The notes: generated by a model from the letters alone, not told the origin. A DNA stretch of 32,000 nt from Nitrosospira multiformis ATCC 25196 (GCF_000196355.1 NC_007614.1:3000001-3032000), one strand, 5' to 3'. Positions 1-10,318 are shown, numbered from the stretch's first letter. Numbers and translations are program-made.

Positions 1-771
1 GATGACTCCCGCGAGCATCAACGCCGCCACGGTGGCAAGCGATGCGCAAAAATAAATTCCTATTTGCAACGGTAGCACGGCCACGCCTAAAGTTCTTGCC
101 TTCATTTGACCCAGTGACAAAACGTTCAGGCTCCCGGAAAAAAGCAGGCTCACGGCGGATACGAGAATGAGCGTTACCCAGGCTGGCAATGGCTCTTCGG
201 CACGCGAAACATCCCCCATCAACCAGAAGAGCATGCCTTTGACATCGCTCGCCGGCGCAAGGGTAAGAATCAGCGTTGTGAGCGCCCCGCAACCAGCGGA
301 CAACACCACACCAGTCAGAAGCAGCCGGTAAAGATTCCAGTTGCCCGCGCGAAAACTCAGGCCGAATACAATGGCAACGATCGTCAAAGCTCCCGCTAGG
401 GACGTCAGATTCGTCAGCAGAGTTCCCCACCCGAGGAGCATGGCAAGGAGTGCGCCTACGGCTGCGCCCCCCGAAACCCCCAGGATATATGGATCGGCGA
501 GAGGATTGCGCAATAAAACCTGCAACAATGCCCCCGCCAGCGCCAGAAGACCGCCGCAGGCAAAGGCGGCCAGTACCCGTGGCAGGCGAAGTTGCCAGAT
601 AATCTGATGAGAGATGCTGTCGGTTGAAGACAGCAGTGCTTGAACGACGCCGAAAACCGGAATATGGACGCTGCCGAACAGCAAACCGATGAAAAGGCTG
701 CCCATGGCCAGCAGGCCGAAGAGAACCAGCAGCAGGGGATACGAATGTCTGAAGCCTGCGCCTGATGTCAT
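1..771 (-). CDS. FecCD/BtuC-family ABC transporter permease, partial (3' end off window)
   Basis: Minus-strand translation from 771 begins MTSGAGFRHSYPLLLVLFGLLAMGSLFIGLLFGSVHIPVFGVVQALL, then HQIIWQLRLPRVLAAFACGGLLALAGALLQVLLRNPLADPYILGVSGGAAVGALLAM, the classic FecCD permease motif. The frame is open to the window edge. Confidence 0.9.
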   Translation of the reverse strand, partial: MTSGAGFRHSYPLLLVLFGLLAMGSLFIGLLFGSVHIPVFGVVQALLSSTDSISHQIIWQLRLPRVLAAFACGGLLALAGALLQVLLRNPLADPYILGVSGGAAVGALLAMLLGWGTLLTNLTSLAGALTIVAIVFGLSFRAGNWNLYRLLLTGVVLSAGCGALTTLILTLAPASDVKGMLFWLMGDVSRAEEPLPAWVTLILVSAVSLLFSGSLNVLSLGQMKARTLGVAVLPLQIGIYFCASLATVAALMLAGVI

Positions 772-934
772 GCCAGTACGCAGATATTCAATGCTCGCGA
801 CTGGGAGAAAGCAGCGGTGAATAGGAACAACTGCCGGTTTCCGTCGGGTCGTTTCAGCATTAGGCAGCAGGGACTGCTCTTTGCCGCCCTCTCGCCTGCC
901 TTAAGCGCCCACCTCCCCGGTGCCCTCCTCTGCG

Positions 935-1597
935 CTATCGCAGGCTGATGATGGGCCACCCGTTTTTTTCCGCATGTGCCCTGAGTGTTGCGTCAGGATC
1001 CACTGCCACCGGGCGGGTCACTTTTTTAAGCAGCGGCAGATCATTTAAGGAATCACTGTAAAACCAGCTTTCCAGAAAAGATAACCAGGTCAGGTTATGA
1101 TGGTCCAGCCAGCTTTCCAGGCGCACGACCTTGCCGTCGCGGAAACAGGGAGGGCCGGAAACCCTGCCCGTGAATTCCCCATCCCTTTGCTCCGGTTCGG
1201 TAGCGATGAGATGATTTATGCCGAATGCCCTTGCAATCGGCCCTGTTACAAAACTGTTGGTTGCCGTAATGATGACGCACAAATCGCCCGCAAGCATGTG
1301 GCGATTGACGAGCTTGCGCGCCTGCAGCGTGATCAGGGGCAGAATCCTTTTTTCCATGAAATCCTTGTGCCAGGCATCCAGCTGGCTGCGAGAATGACGC
1401 GACAGGGGTTTCAACTGAAAATCCAGGAATTCCTGGATATCCAGAGTACCTGCCTTGTACTGCTCGTAGAATTCGATATTGCGGGCTTCATGGAGTTCGC
1501 GGTCGAGCACCCCCTGCTCGATGAGGTGCTGTCCCCACTGGAAGTCGCTATCGCCCGCAAGCAGGGTATTATCGAGGTCAAATAAAGCAAGATTCAT
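935..1597 (-). CDS. HAD-IB family phosphatase (SerB-like)
   Basis: 220 aa ORF with HAD motif I LALFDLDNTLL and motif III/IV-like region YSDSLNDLPLLKKV; 4-nt overlap with upstream hda. Confidence 0.88.
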   Translation of the reverse strand: MNLALFDLDNTLLAGDSDFQWGQHLIEQGVLDRELHEARNIEFYEQYKAGTLDIQEFLDFQLKPLSRHSRSQLDAWHKDFMEKRILPLITLQARKLVNRHMLAGDLCVIITATNSFVTGPIARAFGINHLIATEPEQRDGEFTGRVSGPPCFRDGKVVRLESWLDHHNLTWLSFLESWFYSDSLNDLPLLKKVTRPVAVDPDATLRAHAEKNGWPIISLR

Positions 1598-2271
1598 GAG
1601 GCGGCCTGCAATAGCTCGCGTACCAGCGGAACAGTTATTTTCCGGTGACTCGCCAGCGAATATTTATCCAGCGCGTTAAGCTTCGCCATCAGGGAAGTCA
1701 AATCGCGCCGCTCATGTCGCAGCAGGTAGTCACATACCTCCTGTGGCAAAGCAAGGCCGCGGCTGCTGGCGTGGCTTTTCATGGCTTCCATTTTTTCCTC
1801 ATCAGTCAATTCATGAACCTCGTACACCAGCCCCCATGCAAGGCGGGTAAGCAGATCTGCGCGCAGCTTCAGCTGCGTGGGAGCGACGGAACCGCTTACC
1901 AGCAGGAACGCTTGCCCTTCATCACGGATACGATTATAGAGATGAAACAGTCCGATCTGGGCATCGGCACCAAGGCGATCCACGTCGTCCACCATCACGC
2001 AATCGGCCTCGCTGCCATTCGCGAAAGACGTTCTCTCGCCACACGCGAAATAAAGCGTGTTCATGTCATTGCGCTTGCACGCACTGGCAACGCCTTGCAG
2101 CAGATGACTTTTTCCGCAACCCGTTCCCCCCCATATATAAACAAAACGCTCGTGCTTCCGCATCATTAGAAGGTTATCCAGGGTTTGCAACAACTCCGCG
2201 TTGCGGCCCGTCACGAAATTGGATAAGGTCGGTGGCGGAGGGATTATGTCCAGCGGCAATTGCTTCATCAA
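1594..2271 (-). CDS. hda: DnaA regulatory inactivator Hda (DnaA-like AAA+)
   Basis: 225 aa; QLPLDIIPPPPTLSNFVTGRN N-terminus, Walker A GGTGCGKSHLLQ, DDVDRL Walker B; short DnaA-like protein without the DNA-binding domain. Confidence 0.9.
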   Translation of the reverse strand: MMKQLPLDIIPPPPTLSNFVTGRNAELLQTLDNLLMMRKHERFVYIWGGTGCGKSHLLQGVASACKRNDMNTLYFACGERTSFANGSEADCVMVDDVDRLGADAQIGLFHLYNRIRDEGQAFLLVSGSVAPTQLKLRADLLTRLAWGLVYEVHELTDEEKMEAMKSHASSRGLALPQEVCDYLLRHERRDLTSLMAKLNALDKYSLASHRKITVPLVRELLQAAS

Positions 2272-2463
2272 CGAGGGAGCTGTTACTGGATATCAGGATA
2301 AGAAACAGGCGATACGGACGCAGACGTAGATCTGGAGTATTGTCCGAAAACGGCCATCAAACTCGAATGATGTCAGGGTTTCGTGTTAGGGTTCCTTGGC
2401 GCCATTTGCGGTAAAATTGCGGCTTCAAACGCCACTCTATCTGTAACAGGACGAGAATTCAAC

Positions 2464-3522
2464 TTGACCACATCCAAACCCCACGAAGAAAACCTCTCTC
2501 CTCTCTCTTACCGCGCCGCCGGCGTCGATATAGACGCCGGCGAACGTCTGGTGGAAAACATAAGGCCCTACGCAAAACGCACTCTGCGGCCCGAAGTGCT
2601 GGCCGGTATCGGCGGCTTTGGCGCACTTTTCGAAATTTCCCGGAAATTCAACAATCCGGTACTGGTAGCAGGTACGGATGGGGTAGGTACCAAACTGAAG
2701 CTCGCGTTCGAATCCGGCAGGCACGACACGGTCGGCATCGACCTGGTTGCAATGAGTGTGAACGATATTCTGGTGCAGGGGGCAGAGCCGCTGTTTTTTC
2801 TGGACTATTTCGCGTGTGGGAAGCTGGACGTGGACACTGCCACCCTGGTAGTGAAGGGCATTGCAGCCGGATGCGAGCAAGCCGGATGCGCCTTGATAGG
2901 CGGAGAAACCGCTGAGATGCCGGGGATGTATCCGGAAGGCGAGTATGATCTTGCCGGTTTCGCTGTCGGCGCGGTCGAGAAGGATCGCATCATCACGGGC
3001 ACAACCATCAAGGCAGGCGACGCAGTACTGGGACTTGCTTCCAGCGGCGCCCATTCAAATGGCTATTCCCTGATCCGCAAGATCATCGAGAAAAATAATG
3101 TGGATTTGTCCGCCGATTTTCATGGCAGGGCGTTAATAGATGTAATCATGGCGCCTACCCGGATTTACGTGAAGCCTCTGCTCGAGCTCATGAGGCAGGT
3201 ACCGGTTAAAGGCATGGCGCATATCACGGGCGGTGGCCTGCTGGAAAATATTCCGCGCATCCTGCCTGAAGGCGTTACGGCAGTATTGAAGAAAGAAACC
3301 TGGGAGATGCCTCCGCTTTTTGCCTGGCTGCAGCGGGAAGGCAATGTGGCCGATAATGAAATGCACCGCGTTTTCAATTGTGGCATTGGCATGGCCGTCG
3401 TCGTGGCGCCGGAGTATATCGATGCCGCCGCGCAATTGCTTCAATCAAAGGGAGAAATCGCATGGCGCATTGGCACCATTCGCGAGCAGCGCGCGGACGA
3501 ACCCCGGACGATCCTCGAGTGA
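2464..3522 (+). CDS. purM: phosphoribosylformylglycinamidine cyclo-ligase
   Basis: [27 protein letters not shown]...[16 protein letters not shown]...[11 protein letters not shown]...[15 protein letters not shown]. The ORF opens at 2383, but homology begins around a TTG codon at 2464, the likely start. Confidence 0.95.
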   Translation: MTTSKPHEENLSPLSYRAAGVDIDAGERLVENIRPYAKRTLRPEVLAGIGGFGALFEISRKFNNPVLVAGTDGVGTKLKLAFESGRHDTVGIDLVAMSVNDILVQGAEPLFFLDYFACGKLDVDTATLVVKGIAAGCEQAGCALIGGETAEMPGMYPEGEYDLAGFAVGAVEKDRIITGTTIKAGDAVLGLASSGAHSNGYSLIRKIIEKNNVDLSADFHGRALIDVIMAPTRIYVKPLLELMRQVPVKGMAHITGGGLLENIPRILPEGVTAVLKKETWEMPPLFAWLQREGNVADNEMHRVFNCGIGMAVVVAPEYIDAAAQLLQSKGEIAWRIGTIREQRADEPRTILE

Positions 3523-3569
3523 GCAGTGTGGAGCACTACACACATGCAACGTGAATCCCCTGCTGATCC

Positions 3570-4208
3570 ATGAAGTCACTCGTGATCCTTATCTCCGGCC
3601 GCGGCAGCAATATGCAAGCTCTTATGGAAGCAAATCTCCCTGCCCGGATAGCCGCGGTCATCAGCAACAAGCCAGAAGCGCCAGGGCTCGAAACCGCGCG
3701 CAGCCGCGGTTATGAAACCATTGTGCTGGACCCACGGTCATACCCGGATCGCGAAGCGTTTGACCAGAAACTTGCCGAGGCGATCGATGCCTACGCCCCC
3801 GATCTCGTCGCCCTGGCCGGTTTCATGCGCCTGCTCGGGGACAATTTTGTCAGCCGATATAAAGGCAGGCTGATAAACATTCATCCTTCGCTGCTGCCCG
3901 CTTTTCCCGGCCTGCACCCTCACCGGCAGGCATTGAAGGAAGGCGTGAAGGTGCATGGATGCACAGTGCATTTTGTCACCGCCGAAACGGATCGAGGTCC
4001 GATCATTATCCAGGCGGCTGTTCAGGTCATGCCGGACGATACTGAGGAAACACTGGCCGCGCGCGTGCTGCGACAGGAACATCGCATTTATCCTGAAGCC
4101 GTGCGCTGGTTTATGAAAGACCGGTTGAAGCTCTCTGATAACAGTGTTGAGGTGAGCGATGCCGATTTCGACAATTCTGTTCTATATTCACCCGGACTAT
4201 CCAAATGA
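3570..4208 (+). CDS. purN: phosphoribosylglycinamide formyltransferase
   Basis: MKSLVILISGRGSNMQAL...LAGFMRLL...INIHPSLLPAFPGLHPHRQAL...GCTVHFVTAETDRGPII; directly downstream of purM. Confidence 0.95.
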   Translation: MKSLVILISGRGSNMQALMEANLPARIAAVISNKPEAPGLETARSRGYETIVLDPRSYPDREAFDQKLAEAIDAYAPDLVALAGFMRLLGDNFVSRYKGRLINIHPSLLPAFPGLHPHRQALKEGVKVHGCTVHFVTAETDRGPIIIQAAVQVMPDDTEETLAARVLRQEHRIYPEAVRWFMKDRLKLSDNSVEVSDADFDNSVLYSPGLSK

Positions 4209-4969
4209 AATTTTTATTTCTAGCTCTGTTGTCGGGCTCAGTTTTTTTTGCTTTTCCCGCTTTTTCCGCTTGCGCTGCCTGCGGCACAGAAGTGCCGTCG
4301 CGCGTCGATATCAGCTATTCGGTCACGTCTGGGAGCCTCGAAGCGGACATGAATGACACGCTGAAAATCACTCAGGAAAACGGCGAGCGCCGCTACAGCC
4401 TATCCAGCGAGGGCAAGGCCAAGGGCCTGCTAGCCCTGACACAACCGGACACCCTGGTGCGGGACAGTGAAGGCATCATCACCACCCAGGGGACGCTGCG
4501 GCCGGAGCGGTTTTCGGATCAGCACGGAAACAAGGTGCCGAAAGTGGCGATTTTCGACTGGAGCAAGAAACTGATCACGCTTCAGCATAAACGCGGGGAA
4601 GAGCAAAAAGCGCTGCCTGCCGATGCTCAGGACAAGCTTAGCCTGCTCTACAGCTTCATGTTTACTCCTGTCTCCGGCAAGGTGGTAAACCTGCACGAAA
4701 CCGATGGGAAGCACCTCGAGTCGGTACGCTATGCTGTGAGCAAGGAAACCCTCGATACTCCCATGGGCAAACTGGAAACGATCGTGCTGACGAAGCAACT
4801 GGAAAAAGAAGGGGATCGGGATAAAAAAATCTGGCTTGCTGTCGATCACCATATGCTGCCGGTGCGCGTCGTGGCTACCGAAAAAATCGGCATCGTGACG
4901 GATCAGATGGTGACAAAAATAAGTTATGGAGGGCCGATGAACGGCCTAAAACAGGGCCGCCTGCAATAG
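4205..4969 (+). CDS. DUF3108-family secreted protein
   Basis: 254 aa with signal peptide MKFLFLALLSGSVFFAFPAFSACA; beta-rich sequence, MLPVRVVATEKIG near the C-terminus; start overlaps the purN stop. Confidence 0.7.
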   Translation: MKFLFLALLSGSVFFAFPAFSACAACGTEVPSRVDISYSVTSGSLEADMNDTLKITQENGERRYSLSSEGKAKGLLALTQPDTLVRDSEGIITTQGTLRPERFSDQHGNKVPKVAIFDWSKKLITLQHKRGEEQKALPADAQDKLSLLYSFMFTPVSGKVVNLHETDGKHLESVRYAVSKETLDTPMGKLETIVLTKQLEKEGDRDKKIWLAVDHHMLPVRVVATEKIGIVTDQMVTKISYGGPMNGLKQGRLQ

Positions 4970-5119
4970 GCTCGGCTGCGGCAAACCTGTAAAATCACTG
5001 GGACGTCAGAGTGGTTGTGCCGGGCAGCGAGTGCCGTCTGCCCGAATCCTCCCTTTGCGCCTGCCTGTCCTGCTAAGGCGTGCTTTGCGTCCGCTTCTGC
5101 CGAGCAGTATCGATAATTC

Positions 5120-6391
5120 ATGACAATGCGTCTTACCCCTGCTCATCTCGACATGGCAACCGCTGCACTGCGCACTGTACTTCCACTGCAACGTCCGGCT
5201 GATTCTTTGTTGCGGCATTTTTTCCAGGACAATCGGAAACTCGGCGTGCACGATCGCGCGTTCATCGCTGAAATCGTATTCGGTATTCTGCGCCACCGTT
5301 TTTTTCTGGAGCGCGTGGTGGAAATTGCCACACCTCGTTCGCTCCTGCTGGCGTATCTGGCGAAATTCTCGGGAATGAACTTGCGCGAGCTGACGCCCCT
5401 GGTGAGTGAAACAGAAGCAAAACGGCTTGCGGAAATGAAAGCAGTGTCGCTGGAATCGCAGCCCCTCGGCGTCCAGGCAGAATTTCCGGAGTGGCTGTTG
5501 GAAAAACTGCGGGAATTCATGGACGATGGAGCCATTCTTGACCTGGGCCGCTCGCTGCAAGCACCCGCACCCCTTGATCTGCGTGTCAATACGCAGCTTG
5601 CGACGCGCGAGGAAGTTATCGAGCTGTTGAGAAAAGATGGAATCGAAGGCATGCCGACGCCCTACTCGCCCCTCGGTATCCGCCTTACCGGAAAGCCGGC
5701 GATCAACCGGCATGAAGCGTTCATGAGCGGCAAGATCGAAGTCCAGGATGAAAGCAGCCAGCTGCTGGGTTATCTGCTTGCCCCCAGGCGCCGGGACATG
5801 GTAGTGGATTTCTGCGCGGGAGCGGGAGGAAAGTCGCTGATGCTGGGGGCGCTGATGTGTTCGCAGGGACGCATCTATGCTTTCGATAATTCGGAAAAGC
5901 GGCTGAACAATCTCAAGCCCCGCCTCAAGCGTTCCGGCTTATCGAACCTCCATCCTCAGCTCATCGCCAATGAAAACGACATAAAGGTGAAACGGCTGGC
6001 GGGAAAAATCGATCGGGTATTGGTGGATGCACCTTGCAGCGGGCTTGGAACCCTGCGACGAAACCCGGATCTGAAATGGCGCCAGTCGCCGCAAAGCATC
6101 GAGGAACTCAAGTGCAAGCAAACCGCTATCCTGTCATCTGCGGCCAACTTGCTTAAACCGGGTGGCAGGCTTGTTTATGCCACTTGCAGCTTTTTACCGG
6201 AAGAAAACCAGGAAATCGTTGAGAATTTTATTGCGAATAACCCCCGCTTCACCCTGTTGAATTGCGCCGAGTTATTGCGCCAGCAAAAAATCCCGCTCGA
6301 CACCGGTGTGTTTATGCAACTCCTGCCCAGGCTGCACGGAACGGATGGTTTTTTTGCCGCCGCACTGGAATCAGGGAAGGCTCAAACATGA
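5120..6391 (+). CDS. RsmB/NOP-family 16S rRNA (cytosine) methyltransferase
   Basis: FCAGAGGKSLMLGALM (SAM-binding), VDAPCSGLGTLRRNPDLKWR (catalytic Cys), LVYATCSFLPEENQEIV (second Cys). Confidence 0.9.
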   Translation: MTMRLTPAHLDMATAALRTVLPLQRPADSLLRHFFQDNRKLGVHDRAFIAEIVFGILRHRFFLERVVEIATPRSLLLAYLAKFSGMNLRELTPLVSETEAKRLAEMKAVSLESQPLGVQAEFPEWLLEKLREFMDDGAILDLGRSLQAPAPLDLRVNTQLATREEVIELLRKDGIEGMPTPYSPLGIRLTGKPAINRHEAFMSGKIEVQDESSQLLGYLLAPRRRDMVVDFCAGAGGKSLMLGALMCSQGRIYAFDNSEKRLNNLKPRLKRSGLSNLHPQLIANENDIKVKRLAGKIDRVLVDAPCSGLGTLRRNPDLKWRQSPQSIEELKCKQTAILSSAANLLKPGGRLVYATCSFLPEENQEIVENFIANNPRFTLLNCAELLRQQKIPLDTGVFMQLLPRLHGTDGFFAAALESGKAQT

Positions 6392-6981
6392 TGTCACCAG
6401 GCCGTAGTCTCTCCGTGAAGCAGTATATGGCTGTCTGTCTTGCTGTACTCCTGACAACCTCTGCCGCAGCGTTTGAACCCCCTTCCTATCGCAAGCCACC
6501 TCCAGTCCTGTCCGCTTCCGGTACTGTGCAGGTTGCTTTCACGCCGGGGCAGGATGCGGGGAAACTGATCGCGGATGCCATCGATGGCGCCCGTACCCAG
6601 GTTCTGGTCCAGGCTTTCAGTTTTACCCATCGCAGAATTGCCGATGCTTTAATCGCAGCCAGGCATCGCGGAGTGGATGTAAAAGTCATTGCGGACAGGG
6701 AGCAGACCGAAAAAATTCCGACCAGTCTGATTGCGAGAATGGCGTCACAAGGTGTGCTGGTATTCATGGACTCGAATCACAGCAGTGCCCACAACAAGGT
6801 GATGCTGATCGATGCAGGCAGCACCCAGGCTACGCTGATTACCGGCAGTTTCAATTTCACCCATGCGGCACAGCACAAGAATGCGGAAAACGTGCTCGTG
6901 ATGCGTGGGAATTCCGCGCTCGTGGACCTTTACCGGGAAAACTGGCTGGATCATTTCAGTCATGCGCGGCCTTACCGCTGA
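6388..6981 (+). CDS. phospholipase D-family endonuclease with signal peptide
   Basis: HxK motif region SSAHNKVMLIDAGSTQATLITGSFNFTHAAQHKNAENVLV; hydrophobic N-terminal signal. Start could be 6388 or 6391. Confidence 0.87.
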   Translation: MMSPGRSLSVKQYMAVCLAVLLTTSAAAFEPPSYRKPPPVLSASGTVQVAFTPGQDAGKLIADAIDGARTQVLVQAFSFTHRRIADALIAARHRGVDVKVIADREQTEKIPTSLIARMASQGVLVFMDSNHSSAHNKVMLIDAGSTQATLITGSFNFTHAAQHKNAENVLVMRGNSALVDLYRENWLDHFSHARPYR

Positions 6982-7046
6982 TTCAAGGCGTGTGAGCCTG
7001 TGCTTCCCTGAGCCGAAATGCGGCATGAGGGGAAAGTAGTTTACGC

Positions 7047-8363
7047 GTGCTAGAATCTGGCACGCCCATCCATTTATCCATTTGCCCATCCATTTCCGCC
7101 ACTGCCCCTCTTCTGTTTCAACGGATGCACTTCAACATTGAATTCCAGAGCCTGCTGAACAAACTGCTTGCTCATGCGCAGCAAGTCCCCGTCCTGTGGC
7201 AGCTTGCTGTGTTGACTGCGGCCATGGGAATGGCGTGGTTGCTGCAAAGGCAGTTCATCCGGCGCGCTCCGGCGCGTGTCAATGCCGGCGGGAAGTTAAC
7301 CATCAGCGCACGCAGCCTGAGCCGGCTCCTGTTTCCATTTTTTGCGCTGGTCTTTACTGTCGTCGGCAAGGGAGCGCTGGACTATTGGTACCCGACGCAC
7401 CTGCTCAATATCATTATCCCGATTCTGTTCGCGCTCGTCCTGATCCGTGCCGCGGTCTACATGCTGCGCAAGGTATTTCGCCGCCAGGAGTGGCTCCGCC
7501 CGTGGGAACGATTCATCGGCTGGACGGTGTGGATAGGATTCGCGCTTTATATCACAGGGCTTTTGCCCGAAATTCTGGCCCTTCTCGACGACATTTCACT
7601 GCATGTCGGCAAGCAGCGTATTTCGATATTGCTGATCGCCCAGGGTTTCATCGCGTTCACCGTCAGCATGCTCGTGGCCGCCTCGCTTGCAAGTTCGGTT
7701 GAAACCCGCATCATGATGGCGAGAGCGCTGAATATCAATCAGCGTGTCATCTTGTCGAAGATCAGCCGCACCATTCTGATCATTATCGGAGTGTTGGTTG
7801 CGTTGCCCATGGTCGGCGTGGATATCACGTTTCTGTCCGTGTTTGGAGGTGCACTCGGCGTCGGGCTCGGACTGGGATTGCAAAAGATCGCGAGTAACTA
7901 CATCAGCGGGTTTATCATTCTCCTGGACCATTCCCTCCATCTCGGCGATATAATCACGGTGGATAACCGCAAAGGCGAGGTGACCTCGCTCACCACGCGG
8001 TATGTGGTGCTCAAGAGCGAAGAAGGTACCAATATCCTCATTCCCAATGACGTTTTCATTACTTCGGCTGTCATCAACCATCCCTTCTCCGATCGCCGAT
8101 TGCGCCTTGTCTTTCCGATGCGTATCAGCTACGACAGTCCGATCGAAGCCGCGATGAAAATCATGTCGGAAGCGGCAAAGAGGCGCCAGCAGATATTGGC
8201 CGAGCCTGCTCCCGCAGTGTATCTCAAGGAATTCGTCGATGGCGGGATCGTTCTGGAACTCGTCGCATGGGTGGAAGAAGCGGAGAAGAATCTGCCTGCG
8301 CTACGGTCCGATATCAACCTCGATATCTGGCGGACATTCGGAGAAAACGGGATCAAGCGTTGA
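7047..8363 (+). CDS. MscS-family mechanosensitive ion channel (start may be internal, near 7125)
   Basis: GVLVALPMVGVDITFLSVFGGALGVGLGLGLQKIASNYISGFIILLDHSLHLGDIITVDNRKGEVTSLTTRYVVLKSEEGTNILIPNDVF is a canonical MscS pore and beta domain. Confidence 0.92.
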   Translation: MLESGTPIHLSICPSISATAPLLFQRMHFNIEFQSLLNKLLAHAQQVPVLWQLAVLTAAMGMAWLLQRQFIRRAPARVNAGGKLTISARSLSRLLFPFFALVFTVVGKGALDYWYPTHLLNIIIPILFALVLIRAAVYMLRKVFRRQEWLRPWERFIGWTVWIGFALYITGLLPEILALLDDISLHVGKQRISILLIAQGFIAFTVSMLVAASLASSVETRIMMARALNINQRVILSKISRTILIIIGVLVALPMVGVDITFLSVFGGALGVGLGLGLQKIASNYISGFIILLDHSLHLGDIITVDNRKGEVTSLTTRYVVLKSEEGTNILIPNDVFITSAVINHPFSDRRLRLVFPMRISYDSPIEAAMKIMSEAAKRRQQILAEPAPAVYLKEFVDGGIVLELVAWVEEAEKNLPALRSDINLDIWRTFGENGIKR

Positions 8364-8458
8364 CTGAGGGCTTTTCAACCACATCAGCCCCAACGGTCCG
8401 TTTATAGTTTCTGCCCCCTCCGCCGCCAGGTCGGGAACTGTCCGGAACCCTGAGGCGG

Positions 8459-8794
8459 ATGGTAATATTGTTCCGGAAGAAAATCAGTGATATCCGAACT
8501 GTTATGGGCGCCTTGGTTTTTTATACCGTCATCTATTTCCTTGGCTATTACGCCGCCCACATGTTGAACGAACTGTCGGGCCGGAAACTGATCGTAAACC
8601 GCCGCATGGGGGGTCTGGTTCTCGCTCTCCTGGTTGGAACAGCACATGGCTACAAGATCATCAGCAGTCCGCCCCCTCATCATGGAGATGGAGCAGGTTT
8701 TGCGCTCGGTCTGTACGTACTCCTGCCTCTGGCCATCATTACGATAGCTGTCCTCTATCTCAACTGGCAGGATCGTCAGGATAACGAACGTTGA
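8459..8794 (+). CDS. hypothetical small membrane protein (about 3 TM segments)
   Basis: 111 aa; hydrophobic segments VMGALVFYTVIYFLGYYAAHML, GGLVLALLVGTAHGY and GLYVLLPLAIITIAVLYL. Start could be 8459 or 8504. Confidence 0.65.
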   Translation: MVILFRKKISDIRTVMGALVFYTVIYFLGYYAAHMLNELSGRKLIVNRRMGGLVLALLVGTAHGYKIISSPPPHHGDGAGFALGLYVLLPLAIITIAVLYLNWQDRQDNER

Positions 8795-8846
8795 TTTTAT
8801 TGAGGCGTGTGCGATGCGAGCAGACGATGTTATCTGCACGGTTGTC

Positions 8847-9428
8847 TCAGCGTTGAATTCGCCTTGACTCTTCTTGCCCCGCTAAGGGCAAGCTTTTCAC
8901 TGCTGCTCCTTCAAATCTGCTGATCACGTCTGTAACAAAATGCTCGGAAAAGCCCGCCATAAAAGACCAGAATATCAGCTTTGCATATTCTTTGTGTCCT
9001 TCTCCATGTTGCTCGAAGATCGACAGGAAACTTTCGGAGGATGAATTGCTATCAGGCAGAAAAACGGGAAACAGATCGCCGGATAGCAAGCCGGAAAGAA
9101 AAAGTATAAAAAGCAAAAAGGCCAACACACCCCCAACCAGGGGAGAAAGAGCAGTGTAAACCCAGGACTCCGCTATCAACTCCAGATCCAACAAAGTCAG
9201 ATCCTTCAGACGGCGTTGAAGACCGACAAAGCCGCCAATCACGCCACTGGCGAATACGAGCAGCGGCACTATATAGATGGACTCCCTCAATAGAGCAGCA
9301 GCGGTCAATGAGAGGCCATAAAGAATAACCAGTGCGATGAAAAGACGTCGCGTAACAGAAATCAGCAGTCGAGCAGAAATATTATTTGACTTAACGGCTT
9401 CCTTGGTAGAGTTATCTGGCTCATCCAT
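8847..9428 (-). CDS. hypothetical integral membrane protein
   Basis: 193 aa; TM-rich N-terminal half (LFIALVILYGLSLTAAALL, IYIVPLLVFASGVIGGFVGL, LVGGVLAFLLFILFLSGLL) and terminal KLIFWSFMAGFSEHFVTDVISRFEG motif. Confidence 0.75.
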   Translation of the reverse strand: MDEPDNSTKEAVKSNNISARLLISVTRRLFIALVILYGLSLTAAALLRESIYIVPLLVFASGVIGGFVGLQRRLKDLTLLDLELIAESWVYTALSPLVGGVLAFLLFILFLSGLLSGDLFPVFLPDSNSSSESFLSIFEQHGEGHKEYAKLIFWSFMAGFSEHFVTDVISRFEGAAVKSLPLAGQEESRRIQR

Positions 9429-9682
9429 ATGGTTGGAGTGACCTGCTCCTTGAAATCCATCCTTAACTTGATCAAGGAAACAAGGTCGAAAGGTTATCGG
9501 CGCCTGGTATCCTGCGGATTATCCATCAAGACTTCCATAGCAAAAGAGCGCCGGGTATCACGAGATGATGCTCCGACTCCTCCGGGTTTGAATAGACTTT
9601 GGCGGCAAGCTTTGGCAGTCAGTGGCCCGCCAGGCGAGGAGATGCAGAGGAATATCATTCGCGCTGTATCCCCCTGTCCGCT

Positions 9683-10072
9683 TTACGCGGTTTTTTTCTG
9701 GATGAACTCGATCTTGTAGCCGTCAGGATCTTCCACGAACGCAATCACGGTAACACCGTGTTTCATCGGGCCTGCCTCGCGTGTAACCTTGCCGCCCCGT
9801 TTCTTCACTTCCTCACACGCCTGATAGGCGTTATCGACTTCGATCGCAATATGTCCGTAACCAGTTCCCAGGTCGTATTTGCCGGTATCCCAGTTGTGGG
9901 TGAGTTCCAATACCGTTCCCTCCGCCTCATCCTGATAACCGACAAATGCGAGGGTAAACCGGCCCTCGGGATAATCTTTCCGGCGCAGCACTTTCATTCC
10001 CAGCACGTCCGTATAAAAGGCAATCGACTTTTCCAGATCGCCCACGCGCAGCATGGCATGAAGTATGCGCAT
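9683..10072 (-). CDS. gloA: lactoylglutathione lyase / glyoxalase I
   Basis: [46 protein letters not shown]...[25 protein letters not shown]...[14 protein letters not shown]. Confidence 0.95.
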   Translation of the reverse strand: MRILHAMLRVGDLEKSIAFYTDVLGMKVLRRKDYPEGRFTLAFVGYQDEAEGTVLELTHNWDTGKYDLGTGYGHIAIEVDNAYQACEEVKKRGGKVTREAGPMKHGVTVIAFVEDPDGYKIEFIQKKTA

Positions 10073-10270
10073 TCAGATTTCCACCATCTCAAAATCCTCC
10101 TTACGCGCTGAACATTCCGGACATGTCCAGTTCATCGGTACATCCTCCCACCTTGTTCCGGGCGGAATACCTTCCTGCGGAGAGCCTTCGGCCTCGTCAT
10201 ATACATAGCCGCAAATCAGGCACATATAGCAACGGTAGACACGCACTTCGGTCGTTTCGGTGGTAGTCAT
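10073..10270 (-). CDS. rubredoxin
   Basis: 65 aa with [49 protein letters not shown], both CxxC iron-ligand motifs. Confidence 0.96.
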   Translation of the reverse strand: MTTTETTEVRVYRCYMCLICGYVYDEAEGSPQEGIPPGTRWEDVPMNWTCPECSARKEDFEMVEI

Positions 10271-10318
10271 GATGAGTAGGGGTATTTAGGTTAAAATATC
10301 ATTTTACGGTATTAGTTC

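Noticed and set aside
771-959. Possible cobalamin riboswitch upstream of the FecCD-type permease
   Set aside because: I looked on the minus strand for a B12-box-like core (AGYCMGRAGACCTGCC) and the GGGAA...GGTG element and found neither; the substrate of the permease is not established.
5021-5044. CGGGCAG/CTGCCCG hairpin between the DUF3108 gene and the RsmB-like gene
   Set aside because: 7-bp stem without a T-run; could occur by chance in GC-rich spacer and is too weak to call a terminator.
5006-5713. 235-aa ORF on the minus strand opposite the RsmB-like gene
   Set aside because: Antisense to conserved coding sequence, low-complexity Arg/Gln/Cys composition, no domain.
9429-9719. 96-aa plus-strand ORF between the membrane protein gene and gloA
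   Set aside because: Overlaps the gloA 3' end, has no hydrophobic or domain pattern, and its composition looks non-coding.
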